DNA from: Curvularia clavata
Lineage: Eukaryota
Assembly (NCBI GenBank): GCA_023920165.1
Contig: CP089276.1
Coordinates: 248,001 to 312,000 of the forward strand
Length of the DNA stretch: 64,000 nucleotides
Direction: 5' to 3'
Numbering within the stretch: the first letter of the stretch is position 1; every line of letters begins with the position of its first letter. Below, piece after piece: positions 12,808 through 24,258 of this stretch. Under the pieces are notes generated by a model, which was not told where the DNA came from, made no database searches, and saw only the letters and a list, made by a program, of their open reading frames with translations. A program made the translations under genes and the position numbers.

Positions 12808-15800
12808 ATGTCCACTGCCGCGGCCACAGCCAGCACTTCCTCCAATGCTCTGAACGCCGTCTCCAATCCCGGCAGGCAACTGAAAATGAGCACAGCTGGC
12901 AAAGCCGCTACCGACGCACAGCGAAAGCCAGCAAGCCCCAGCGAAGGTAGCCAGAGGTAACTATACCCTCTCGACAGCCCTCCTCTTGTCCTTTACCTCG
13001 CCAGCTGCCCGCCTGCCCACGCTTCCACCGTTGCCCTTCTGCGCCGTCTACTCGTGTGACTGGCTGGCGGTCACATGGAGCCACGGTGCGACTGCCCTGT
13101 CCACTAGGCGGCCCTCGCTTCGTGCCCTCTGTTCAATTGCATCGTCCTGCCCTGTCCCTGCCTCGATGAATTCGCTCCCGCCTGCGCCTGGACCAATGCT
13201 GACTTGGCAATCTCTAGGAAGCAGCCGGCCAAAACGGCATGGACTCAGGGTACCAATCCCCTCACCCAGCGACCGACGAATCCCCCTCCCTCCAACGGCC
13301 TCGTAAACGCCTCTAAACCCACCTCGACGCCCTCGTCAGGCGAAACCGCCTCCCCAATGCGGCACCTCAGCGACCGTATGATGTACCTGTTGGCCAACCT
13401 CACTGTAAGTGATAGGCGCTTCCCAACTGAAAGCCGGACAACACGGCTGACGCTTCTCGACAGGGTCTTCCAGGCACCATTACGCTCAAGAATGGCGAGA
13501 AGTACTCGGGTGTCCTCTCGGGCACTTCACTGGATCCCAGCGAACTGCGTTATGTTTTCAAGATGGTCAAGAGGTTGATGCCCGCTAGCAACGCTCAGAC
13601 CAACGGTACAGGCGACGTCTCCGATGACTACGTCGGTGCCGGCGACTACCATGTCATGTCCTTTGACATGAGCGACGTTGCCGATTTCCATGTCAACAAC
13701 GTGGTGCTCGACAAGTCCAATGCCAAGGGCCAGAACGGTATGTCCCTCTCTCTTTCTCTCTGCCTCTCCAACACCAAACTGACCATTGCAGGAACCTCGG
13801 GCTTCCGCACTGATACTGACATCTCCGGAAAGATGGCCATCCGCGAGCGTGATCTCCAAAAATGGGAGCCATCTGATGTCGACCCCAGCTTGACTCTCGA
13901 GTCTACGGGACGGAATGCCGAATGGGACCAGTTTTCTACCAACGAGCGTCTGTTTGGCGTAAAGAGCAACTACGACGAGACTTTCTACACTACCACGATT
14001 AATAAGAACGACCCACAGTACGCCGAGAGAGCCGCCCGCGCTGAGAAGATTGCTCGGGAAATCGAGGGCAGTGCTGCAACCAATGCGCACGTCCGTGAGG
14101 AACGAGGGGGCTATTCTGCGGCGGATGACAACGGTGACGAGGAAGACAAGTACAGTGGGGTGCGTCGAGATTTCCCTGCTCTGTCAACTGGCCAGCCCAA
14201 CCGATACACTCCGCCTGCGCGACGAGCCCCTTCCTCTCAGCCGACAGTACCGGGAGCTCCGGTGGATCCTGCCATCATTTCCTCGTCTGTCGCGCGGCCT
14301 GGCTCGCAAGCAGCACAGCGCGCTGCAAGCCCAGCTACGGCAGCAGCCCCTGCAACGGAGCCGACAAAGACCCAAGAAGCTCCAAAAGAGACTCCCAAAG
14401 AAAGCGCCAAGGAAGCCCCCAAAGAAGCTCCCAAGGAGGCCCCCAAGGAGGCCTCTAAGCCCACATCAAAGCCAACAGATGTCCACAAGGCTGTCACAGA
14501 GCAACTGCAGAAACCCAGTAGTACCATCAAGTCTGGAGTGGCTGCTATCCCCCCTCGCAAGACCGGACGACCGCACGATGCAACCACTAATGTGGAGCAC
14601 GATCTGCTTGACTCTTTCAAGCAATTCTCGGCTGCTGAAAAACTACGTATCTCTGATCGCCAGCGGGCTTTTGCCCGTGAGAACAAGGCAGTCAAGCTCA
14701 ATGACTTGAAGAAGTTTGCACTCAACTTCAAGCTCAGCACCCCAGTACCATCGGATTTGGTCCCCATCCTCGCCAAGGATGAGAACAAGCAGCAGGCCAT
14801 TGTCGAAAAAGCTAACCGACAAGCGCTCGAGCTCAAGGCTTCGCCGCCTGTGAAGCCGTCCGCCAGTACCTCGGACCCCAAAGCTGCTGCTGCTGCAGCA
14901 CGTTCTTCTGCTAAGCCTGAGCCCACTCAGGCTTCCTCTAGTGCAACCCTGGATCGCCAACAACCTCAGCGTCCCCGCCAAGGACAGCAGCCATATGCGT
15001 CTGCTAGCATGCGGGGTCCTCATCAAAACATGAATGTTCCTCCCCGGAATCCGAATATGCTCGGTACTCGTCTTCAGATGAATCATCAGCAACACAAACA
15101 ACAAGGCGCTCTCCCCTACAATGGCGTACCTCAGCCGATACCCGCACAAGATAATCGAGCACCCCCTACTGGTCCTTCACAGCCATCTAGCGGCGCCCAA
15201 ACACCTTCTAGCGCGTCAAGGTTCAATGTTCGTGCACACGAATTCAAGCCGAACCCAGCAGCGAACACTTTCCAGCCTGGAAATCCAAGCGCCAGCTCCA
15301 GCCCTCGACCCAATTCATCACGGCAGGAGGTTCGCAAACCACCCATCACCAACTTCTTCACCGGCCCAAAGCCAACTGTCAAATCCCTAGACGGCCCAAC
15401 AACATTCAATGTTGTAGGGCGTCTGGAGAAGGAGGCAAAAGAAAACGACAAGTCGCATTCTTCCGACATTGCGCCTCCTTACAAGACTTTCCCAACATGG
15501 GACTTCCCGTCGTCCAACTCAAACAAGGGCTTTGAGCAGTTGTTCGAGCTTGCTCCTCCCCAAGCTCCGTTATCAGGTCCTCAGCATGTCATGGCTAGCG
15601 GACCCATGCCGCACCAAATCCCGCCCCATCTCCAGGGCGCCCAGGGCATGCCACAGGGACCGACACCTCAACACACTCCCCGGGGCCCACCAGTACAGCC
15701 ACATATGGGCCAGAATCCACACCAGTTCGATGCTCCCCACATGCAATACTCGCATTCACAGTCGTCGGTTCAACCTTCCCCACGACCAATGGCGCCTTTC

Positions 15801-16480
15801 ATGTACGGAGCACAACCCCAACAAATGCCAGGCTATCCCCAGCCTGTACAAGTTCCCCAGTACGGCATGAGCCCGAATGTTCAGCATGTACCAATGCGTA
15901 ACGCGCAAGGCGGGCAGTTCATCCAACCCCCTGGCCCAGCTATGGGAGGGCAGATGATGACGAACCAGCCTTCAAATGGACCTTATATGGGAATGCCGGG
16001 CAACCCTCAAATGCAAATGTACTCTCCCGCTCCAGGTCCCGCATACCCACAATACCCTGGCCACATGCCGGGGCCTGGCGCTAATGGCTTCCCGAGCCCA
16101 AGGCCTGGTGCTCCGATGATGAGCCACCAGGGGTCGCAACAAGGTCACCACCAACAACCTCACATGATGTACATGCAGCCTGGAGCACCAGCGCCCCAGA
16201 TGTATCAAATGCAGCCAGGAACCAGTAAGTAGAGCTGTTCGACGAAAATGCTACAGTGGCTAACATTACTTGAGTGGCTCCAATGCGAGGTCCTTACCAA
16301 CAGCCATACCAGGGACACTATGGCTCGCCACAGCAGCACCCTCAGTTTCCCCAACAGCATCGCGGCACACCAAGTGCAAGCTACTCCCAGCCCATGATGC
16401 AGCAGCACTCGACGGGTCCTCAGGTTCCACCGTCTGGTCCTGCTAACCACGGCCCGGAAACTGTCAATGAAGCTAAATGA
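12808..16480 (+). CDS. PBP1: Ataxin-2/Pbp1 (Lsm + LsmAD + PAM2-like + Q/P/M-rich tail); introns about 12957-13218, 13405-13463, 13738-13790, 16225-16274; alternative start 12886
   Basis: FRTDTDISG, ERDLQKW, WDQFSTNERLFGVKSNYDETFYTT, HVREERG, DEEDKYSGV (LsmAD); FKLSTPVPSDLVPILAKD; RFNVRAHEFKPNP (PAM2-like). Confidence 0.93.
14375..14460 (+). repeat. Coding 12-nt tandem repeat (EAPK-type tetrapeptide, about 7 copies) in PBP1
   Basis: EAPKETPKESAKEAPKEAPKEAPKEASK. Confidence 0.8.
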
Positions 16481-17168
16481 ACGATGCCAAGATGACGCTT
16501 TGCATCTCAACTCTAGCGACATCTCTCAGGGATCGCTGCTTGAGCTCCGTGACATGCTCCCCACACTTGCTTTTACAGAATTTTGCTATGCGATTAGCGC
16601 GGGTGGGTCGATATTCTCTCTAGTGAATGGCTTGACGCATAGCGACCGGCGTTGACAGGGCATGGAAGGTGCACAAAAGGATTATGATGTCGGAAAGGCC
16701 TTGGGGGCTATGGGTGTGGCTGATGGGACGAGAAACTTGGGTGGCTAGTTCAGTTCGCTGTCGTGAACACGACCGCAGAGCACTGTGGGCGAGTCGATGG
16801 AGATGTTCCGACTTCTTCTTCTACGACAAGGGAGAGGTGGGAAAGTAAGGTGGAGGGAGCAGGGGAATGTGGACTGTGGATGTTCATAGCTAGCAAAGCA
16901 TGCACCATCCAACACATGCTTTTCGATTAGCACACCCATGCAAACAGATTCGATGAACCATCAGCTTTCCACCTATACAGTCAAAACTTGCCTTTCTAAT
17001 GTGACCCATCTGATATGCATGTGACAGGGATCATCAGCAGGTACACAGACCCACTTTCTAGCGTGCATTCAGGGTCCACACTCCCGTCCTCGTTCCGACA
17101 CTACCCCAGACGGCATCTTCCTGCCCGGACCTAGTGTTACTACACTCGCTCATGCTGCTCTGTGCTGT

Positions 17169-18980
17169 ATGCCAGTTCCTCATGAAGAAGTAGAACTCGA
17201 CACCATGGACGACGCTGCAGCTGAGCCACTTATTCCCGCCTCCCGCCAGACCGATGCGCCCGACCGGTACAGCAGCGACGACGACCATGACGACACGGAG
17301 ATCCGAGAAGACGAGGTAGACGAGAGTGCACTTGTGTCGCCAGGCCTATTCATCTGGACTCTGACCATATGCGCTGGCGTCAGCGGCCTCCTGTTCGGCT
17401 ATGAGTACGTTTTCCATTACAAGATATGCAGCAGCGCCTGAACTGACAGCAGTCACTCGCAGCACCGGCGTGATTTCCTCAACACTCGTTTCCATAGGCA
17501 GCGACCTTTCTTCCCGCCCGCTTACCACGCTCGACAAGAGCCTCATCACATCGTGTACCTCGTTCTTTGCGCTGCTTGCCTCGCCGCTCACGGGCGTCCT
17601 GGCGGATACCTACGGTCGCAAGACGGTGATACTAGTCGCAGACGTGCTTTTTATACTCGGTGCGCTATGGCAGGCTTGGACGAGCAGTGTTGGCGGCATG
17701 ATTGCAGGCCGGTCGATTGTCGGTGCCGCAGTTGGTAGCGCATCGTTTGTTGTGCCGCTGTATATTTCGGAACTTAGTCCGAGCCCTTTTCGCGGCAGGC
17801 TGGTGGTGGTGAGTAGTTTGTTTATTACTGGGGGACAGGTTGTGGCGTATGTGGTTGGATGGCTGTTTTCGCAGAGATTGCATGGGTGGCGGTGGATGGT
17901 TGGGCTGGGTGCGTTGCCTGCGGCGGTTCAGTTCGTTATGCTCTTCTTTTTGCCAGAGACACCGCGTTACCTAGTCAAAGCTGGGCGGGTTCAGAAGGCA
18001 AGGTTGGTGCTTAGTAGAGTATACAAGAGCGACGAGGGTGGAGTCAAGTTAGTGGACGCGGTTCTGAGGCGTGTAGAGAGGGAGATTGAAGAGGAAGAGG
18101 ACGCAGCGGGCCTACGAGGCATGCCTGAGACGGGGAAGGTTGGCTGGAGAGCAAAAGTAGACAGGGTGCAAGACAACTTGTCTCAGCTAATCATGATTGG
18201 AGGAAACCGAAGGGCATTGATAATTGCGTGTATGCTTCAAGGTTTCCAGCAGCTCTGCGGCTTTGTGAGTATCCATTCTGCCCTCCCTCCATTCATCGTG
18301 CTAATTACGTTTAACAGAACTCCCTCATGTACTTCTCCGCCACCATCTTCCGCCTCGTAGGCTTCCACTCGCCAACCCTCACCTCTCTCTCTATCGCTTT
18401 GACAAACTTCCTCTTCACCCTCGTTGCCTTCCACTCTATCGACCGCATCGGCCGCCGCCGCATCCTCCTCTACTCCATCCCCATCATGATCACAGGCCTC
18501 ATCACATGCGCCATTGCTTTCCTCTTTGTCGACCTGCCCGCCTCGGAAGAAGCGGTTTCTACATCCGACTCCGATTCAGGAAGCAAGATCTGGCCTCTTA
18601 CCATCCTCGTCTCCATGATCACATACGTAGCCGGCTACGCAATCGGCATGGGCAACGTTCCCTGGCAGCAATCCGAGCTCTTTCCTCTTTCTGTCCGTTC
18701 TCTGGGGTCCGCGCTCTCCACGGCTACAAATTGGGGCTCGAACACGCTTGTTGGTGTGAGTTTCTTACCTATGATGCATCTTTTTAGCCCCGCGGGAACT
18801 TTTGCGCTGTATGCGGTCGTGTGTGCGGTTGCGTGGGGCACGGTGTGGAGAATTTATCCTGAGACGGCGGGGTTGGGGCTTGAGGACGTGGGTGGGTTGT
18901 TGAGGGAGGGGTACGGGGTTAGAGAGAGCGTGAGGGGGTTTGAGGAGAGGAAGAGGAGGGAAGGGGGGGCATTGATGTAG
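17169..18980 (+). CDS. MFS sugar porter, myo-inositol transporter-like; 2 introns (about 17406-17462, 18265-18317); start 17169 or 17205
   Basis: GLLFGY(D)TGVIS, LADTYGRK, VPLYISELSPSPFRGRLV, PETPRYL, QGFQQLCGFNSLMYFSATIF, IDRIGRRRILL, WQQSELFPLSVRSLG, YPETAG. Confidence 0.92.
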
Positions 18981-19125
18981 ATGTGGTTGATCAAGAGGTT
19001 TGGCAATGAGGAACCATTTTCTAACACGTAAATACCGTTATTAAAATTCAAGACAGTATCCATCAGTTCGTTGTAGAAGCCACGAAATCTCCCACCAGCA
19101 TCCCCCTTTGCCTCACTCCTCTATC

Positions 19126-19968
19126 TTACCCAAGAAACAAATCCAACTGCTTCGCATACTTCTCCGGAAACTGATACAAATGCCCATGTCCCGAGTCTGG
19201 GTAGAGATGTAACTCCGCATTCTTCAACCTCTGCTGCATAAGCCAGCTATTCGGCGTCGGCGTCATAATATCCGCCTTTCCATTCGTAATCAACACCTCG
19301 AGAGTATCCAAGCGTTCCATTCGCGCGAAAAACTCCCCATCAGATACGAACTTCCCTATCGCAGCGGACTGTGCCTGACCACCGGCTTCATCTACAAACG
19401 TCGTGCGCTGCTCGCCATCTACGGCCCGCTCCTCGAGCCGGTTCCACCATGCTTTTCCCAAGGCTTTGCTCGTCTCAGAGGGATAGAAGAAGAGACCGAG
19501 CATGGTGTCGAGCGTTGGGGATGGACGCCCCGCAGTCGCCATGACATCTGGGTCTGGTGGTGTGAAACCAGTCGTGTATGCAGACTGCGTACCTGCCAGC
19601 ACTAGTTTCCGCACGAGATGCGGGTAGTCTAGAGCAAGCACTTGGGCTGTGAAGCCACCCATGGAGAAGCCAATGACATCGACTTTGGGGACGTTGATGG
19701 CAGAGAGGAAGGCGACGATGGTGGCGGCTGCGCCTTGGATGGTGGGCTGGATGCTCCCGGAGCTGTGACCGCAGCCGGCGTTGTCGAGGAGGATCAGGGA
19801 GCGTGTGGCGCCGATGCTGTTGAGAAGAAGGGGATCAATCAGATCCATGGTCCCGCGGAAGTGGGTTACCCATAGTAGAGGGATGGAAGAGGGCTTGCCG
19901 AAGCGGCGGTAGGCGATCCTGGTGCCGTTTACGTCTATGTATTGGGTTGGAGTTGTTTGCGCGGACAT
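19126..19968 (-). CDS. Intronless alpha/beta hydrolase
   Basis: IAYRRFG, HFRGTMD, DNAGCGHS, nucleophile elbow GFSMGG, GKAD acid, YPDSGHG histidine. Confidence 0.9.
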   Translation of the reverse strand: MSAQTTPTQYIDVNGTRIAYRRFGKPSSIPLLWVTHFRGTMDLIDPLLLNSIGATRSLILLDNAGCGHSSGSIQPTIQGAAATIVAFLSAINVPKVDVIGFSMGGFTAQVLALDYPHLVRKLVLAGTQSAYTTGFTPPDPDVMATAGRPSPTLDTMLGLFFYPSETSKALGKAWWNRLEERAVDGEQRTTFVDEAGGQAQSAAIGKFVSDGEFFARMERLDTLEVLITNGKADIMTPTPNSWLMQQRLKNAELHLYPDSGHGHLYQFPEKYAKQLDLFLG

Positions 19969-20119
19969 GGTCGGGAAACTTGGTTTGCTCTTCAATCACT
20001 ATATAGTTTACCGAGTCAGTAGATATGTGGAGATTGCGGGTTCCTAGTTATGATAGTCTTGAGATTTGTTGTGTTCAAGTCTTACATCTTTTTATGCATT
20101 GTATCCAGATGATGATTAC

Positions 20120-20159
20120 TTATCAACGCTGATGACTTATCAGGACCGATTATTTATCA
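20120..20159 (-). promoter_or_regulatory. Three GATA-factor sites (TGATAA) upstream of the alpha/beta hydrolase
   Basis: TTATCA at 20120, 20137, 20154 (17-bp period), about 150-190 bp upstream of ATG 19968. Confidence 0.5.
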
Positions 20160-21845
20160 GGGTCTACAGTTGTTAGTCTAGTGTGTACTAAAGCCAAGTT
20201 TGGCTCTGTTTCTTCCTGAGGCAATTTGTTTCGAGATGTTTGTTATGGATGTTGAGTAAACGTTATAGCACGATGCTCGACTGATTTCCTTTCTAGGTAA
20301 ATGATCCTGGCGCTGATGTGATCAATACCTATACATTCTTTCTTACTAATGTTCTATTACTTGCTTGTGGTATGCAGCCAAGAGACTAGAGCACGATTCT
20401 CCCCGCGTCAGAAACCTTCCACGTATTTGAGTTTTGCTATCCCTTATGCGGCTTCGTGAAATAGTATACTTTCCTTTGTCGGTCAGCTCGATAGATTCAC
20501 GATACATCTATAGTGCGTCGAGAATCCGTGGCTGAGGGCAGTCTAGTATGAGATCCAATGCCTCAAAGACTGTTGCTGAGTTGAAAAGGCTAGAGATTCC
20601 TTTTCAAACTTTTTGGTAGTAAACGTATTCTTCAAGTGCATACAAACTACTTGCATACCAAACGTTACCTAGTGTCTAGCCAGTTATGGACCTTGAAGGA
20701 AGGCATGCTGATACCGCCTTCACAGCTAGATTAGCCTGGTTAATACAAACAGCATCTATTCAGAGATTCTCGTATTAGCGGTGCTTCTGTGATGGTATAG
20801 TATGGAGCCGACTTTTGCGATCATGGGAATGATGCCCTGTGCTGATAAATTCTACTCTTGACACAAATATTGTAAATGAACCCGGTCCGATCCAGAAGCA
20901 TGATACGGCGTGATTTTCTTTTTGGAGGATTATATGTTAATCACAACATAATTCTTGTCTTTTGTAATCAAATGGATTGCGAGCAGTATCTAGAAGTCGG
21001 TTGCAGGTTATGATACCAGGGTGCGGATTATCGGGTACTTCGGAAGAGCTTCTTACACATGATTTGACTCGAAATCCTTCATTCCTCAGTTCGGTGCTTC
21101 CAGCGCGGCTTCGACGGCTGTCAAAGAGAGACTTTGAGAGATATGATTAGATGGTAGTAACTGCCGCTTACTTTGAAGACCGTGGTATCATGCATGAGTC
21201 GCAAACATGGCGAGACCCCGCCTAGATTGTTAGGCGCATTCACCGAATGGGAAAGCGATCTGATGAACATGCTCCATTTCGTCCGAGGTAGGGGTAAGGC
21301 GCAAAACGATCGTCACCTTCGCCCTTTTCATACTTCGTGCCCCAGTTGGATTGTATGTACGCTGCAAGATGCGTTGTTTAAGACTTAATAAAAGCCACGA
21401 GTCTAAGAAGTGCCGCGCGTATAGACTGTCGCCGGTATTGCGCCGAATGCAGTTCGCAGCCGGCTCGGCCAATTGCATCGCACACTGTTCGGCTCAGCCA
21501 CCGTTTTGCCCTGCCACCGTTGTAAGCTCCTATTATTAACGCTAGCTGAGCGGGTGACGCGATCACCCATGCACATGTTTTGCCGTACGCCGGCGATACT
21601 AACGCCCAACTGTCGAATCAAGCTCACCCGGGCGTTTCTACGCGAAGTTCCTGCAAGGGGCTCTGCGGCGTAGAGGTATGTACTGCTGGTCCAATGAGGC
21701 TCAGGCCTGCGTAATGATCTTGGTTCTGATGTGGCTCATGTTATCGTGGCTGGGTGTGTGATGGAATTCACGCCTGAATTATAAGTCGTGGGATCTGCTG
21801 ACAGAGACGACTGTATCATCACAATACTCTGCACCTTCCTTCATC

Positions 21846-22980
21846 ATGGCAACAATTCAGAAATCTGTAGCCTCAAGTATCAGTTGTGTTCTTCAACAGG
21901 GGCCAGAATGGTCGTGGACAATGCCAAATCACCAATCAGCAGCAGAGGATGTTGATGTTGTCCAAGGCAGGATATTCTGGCTGCCGGCGGAGGAGGACTT
22001 ACCGAAGCGAGCAGTTGAGAGAGTAAATGGCAGAGGTGTTGTGGAAAGCATCTATAGGCATCCAGTTGTTATAGTCTCGCGACCCGCAGAGGACAGCCAG
22101 ACAGCTCACTTCCAGATTGTGAGTTTTTTTATTCTTTCGGTGATTTAGAGATGTCGCTAACATGTCGAAGATCTCCTCGCTGCAGCGCAAAACAATAGGC
22201 GATCTACATAACATCTCGAACGAGCTCCATATTGGCCGGCGCGCTGGGCATATTCCAATAACACCACCACTGGGCCATTCGCATGCATGCTCTAAGACGA
22301 CGAAGAAGCATTTTCCGACTTTGCGTTTAGTGAATGGTGCTCGATTACGGTCAGACTCATACGTAAACATCTGGAACGTTTACAAGATCGACTGGTCGTT
22401 GTTGAAGGTGTATACGAATCCAGAGACCCCGGACGCGGAACAATTTCGATTCGGTCACAAGTCGACGAGGCGGTTACTGGCCAAGAGCGCGATTCTCACC
22501 AAGTACGAGCCCGGTACACAGCTCCGAACACATTCTAGGCAAACTATGGAACACACAGATTCTTGGTCTGATATTGCACATATGATGCCCATGATGCAGA
22601 AATCGATATCAGAGCCAGTCTCGGTATCAACAGATAATGCTCAACCAGCCCGTACTCGAAGGTTCTCGGATTCGGAAACTCGCTCTCTAAGGTCGTGCAG
22701 ATGCTCTGGGACTTGCGATTCTCGAAAGAGCTTTCGATTATCAGACGATGCGAAAAAGTCTAGATATATACCGTCCAAGGCGCCGTCAGATGCAGCAGAT
22801 GGAGCTGTGGCACACAGCCCAGTTACATGGGCCATAAGGCATCCTTTGGATTGTTTGTTCAGGCGTGACGCGGGTGATTGCAGGAGCAGTCTAGTGACAG
22901 GGATTCATCCCAGAAGAGAGAAGAGTCAGCTATGGATGAATGCGAAGGGAGTGATGGCGGTAATCATAGCTTCAATATAA
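21846..22980 (+). CDS. Hypothetical protein (about 360 aa) with N-terminal PemK/MazF-like motif pattern; intron 22119-22170
   Basis: Two ORFs joined in frame by GTGAGT..CTAAC..AAG intron; GRIFWLP..HPVVIVSR..FQIISS..LRSDSYVNIWNVYKIDWSLL; TATA-like TTATAAG near 21779. Confidence 0.75.
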
Positions 22981-23017
22981 CAATCCACCAATAATGGATA
23001 ATAATAACGCTTTGTGG

Positions 23018-24028
23018 TCATCCGGTATCCGTCCGATATGTTTCAACCCATTGGACAGCATGTAAGATAGACTCATATTCCGTCGACAATCTCTTGTCAG
23101 CCCTCAAAGTCTCTGCATGGACTTGAAGACGTTGGTAGGTTTCCAAGTGTCCTGTGCTGGAGAGGTCTTCAACGAGTGCTGTACGCATGAAAACCCAGAG
23201 TGACTCGTTCTTGATATCGAGCTTAACAGCGTAATTGAACACGTCTCTTAGCAGTTCTTGTTTCAAAGAAAGGGCTATTTGGGGCATCAAATATAGAAGA
23301 AAGGACCAGCCGGATATATCGCTTGGGTGTCTGCAGCACCAGGTCTTGACGTTTCGAGCAAAGTGTTCCTCGAAGTCGAAAGAACGGGCCTTTTGAACCA
23401 ATCGTCGGGCATATTGCCAGGCGTGGTAATTCCTAGGATGTTGTTCTCCAGATTTGCATACAGCATCCAGCTCTTTCTTCCAAAAGATCATCTTTTGCGA
23501 ATTAGCAGCTTCAGCAAGCTCGACGGATATGAGTGAGTCTACAACGTAAGCACGGTGATACCACAGAGTTGGTGACTTGGACTGGCGGTGGAGCGGTGAT
23601 GTGAGAATGCTGTTCAGAAAACGAAGCTCTCGTTGTAAAGAGGTGTGGCATATGTTTCCAGTATGGAGACCATGTTCAGCCTTCAGCCGAGCGAGCTCAC
23701 ATTTACGATAGTTTGCCGCAGTAATGTGCTCTGGGTCGAAAAGAAGCATGATCTCTGTTGCCCGCATTGTCTGGTCGATGGTCGATGGATCGTTACTGTG
23801 CTTATTCGTGAAGAATTGTTGGCGTGCTTCCATAAAAGCTAAAACCAGTGCCTTCTTTGAGACTCCAAGATGCAGTCCTTCATGCATAAGGACACCGTCT
23901 GGCGGTTGTACGCCAGGTGGGAGGATCTCGATTTCGACGACTTCGTTCTCATGGTCTTGGAAGTATCTGGTCAATGATGCATAGGCCAATTTTTGGAGTT
24001 CTGATCGTTGAGGCACATCCGGCTCCAT
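23018..24028 (-). CDS. Protein prenyltransferase alpha-subunit repeat protein (PTAR1/Ecm9-like)
   Basis: LLFDPEHITAANYRK, KSPTLWYHR, HPRNYHAWQYAR, HPSDISGWSFL, NESLWVF (PPTA repeats). Confidence 0.88.
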   Translation of the reverse strand: MEPDVPQRSELQKLAYASLTRYFQDHENEVVEIEILPPGVQPPDGVLMHEGLHLGVSKKALVLAFMEARQQFFTNKHSNDPSTIDQTMRATEIMLLFDPEHITAANYRKCELARLKAEHGLHTGNICHTSLQRELRFLNSILTSPLHRQSKSPTLWYHRAYVVDSLISVELAEAANSQKMIFWKKELDAVCKSGEQHPRNYHAWQYARRLVQKARSFDFEEHFARNVKTWCCRHPSDISGWSFLLYLMPQIALSLKQELLRDVFNYAVKLDIKNESLWVFMRTALVEDLSSTGHLETYQRLQVHAETLRADKRLSTEYESILHAVQWVETYRTDTG

Positions 24029-24258
24029 CGCACACAGCTTGAGGATAAAAGGGCATTCAGTACATTCAGGCGGGGCGTGAAGTCAGCGTGAAGGGTATAG
24101 TAAAGAGTAACAGCCAGCTGCAGCATGTCTGCGCACGGTCCACTGCTCCAAACTTGTCAACCAAATCCCACCATATGACATAGCGCCTTCTCGGTGATCT
24201 GGACACAACATGCGATGAGAGCACCCCGCATTGCGACTCTTCTCCACCACCTCCAACC

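Noticed and set aside
5778..16480. LST8-BUD6-PBP1 as a TOR-related functional cluster
   Set aside because: Adjacency of housekeeping genes is expected by chance or synteny; no evidence of co-regulation
20109..20135. ATGATGA...CTGA as a box C/D snoRNA
   Set aside because: Boxes only about 13 nt apart and no terminal stem; better explained as GATA-containing repeats
20200..21800. AT-richer gene-free stretch as a possible RIP-degraded transposon or pseudogene
   Set aside because: No terminal repeats, transposase/RT remnants or strong TpA excess visible; cannot support
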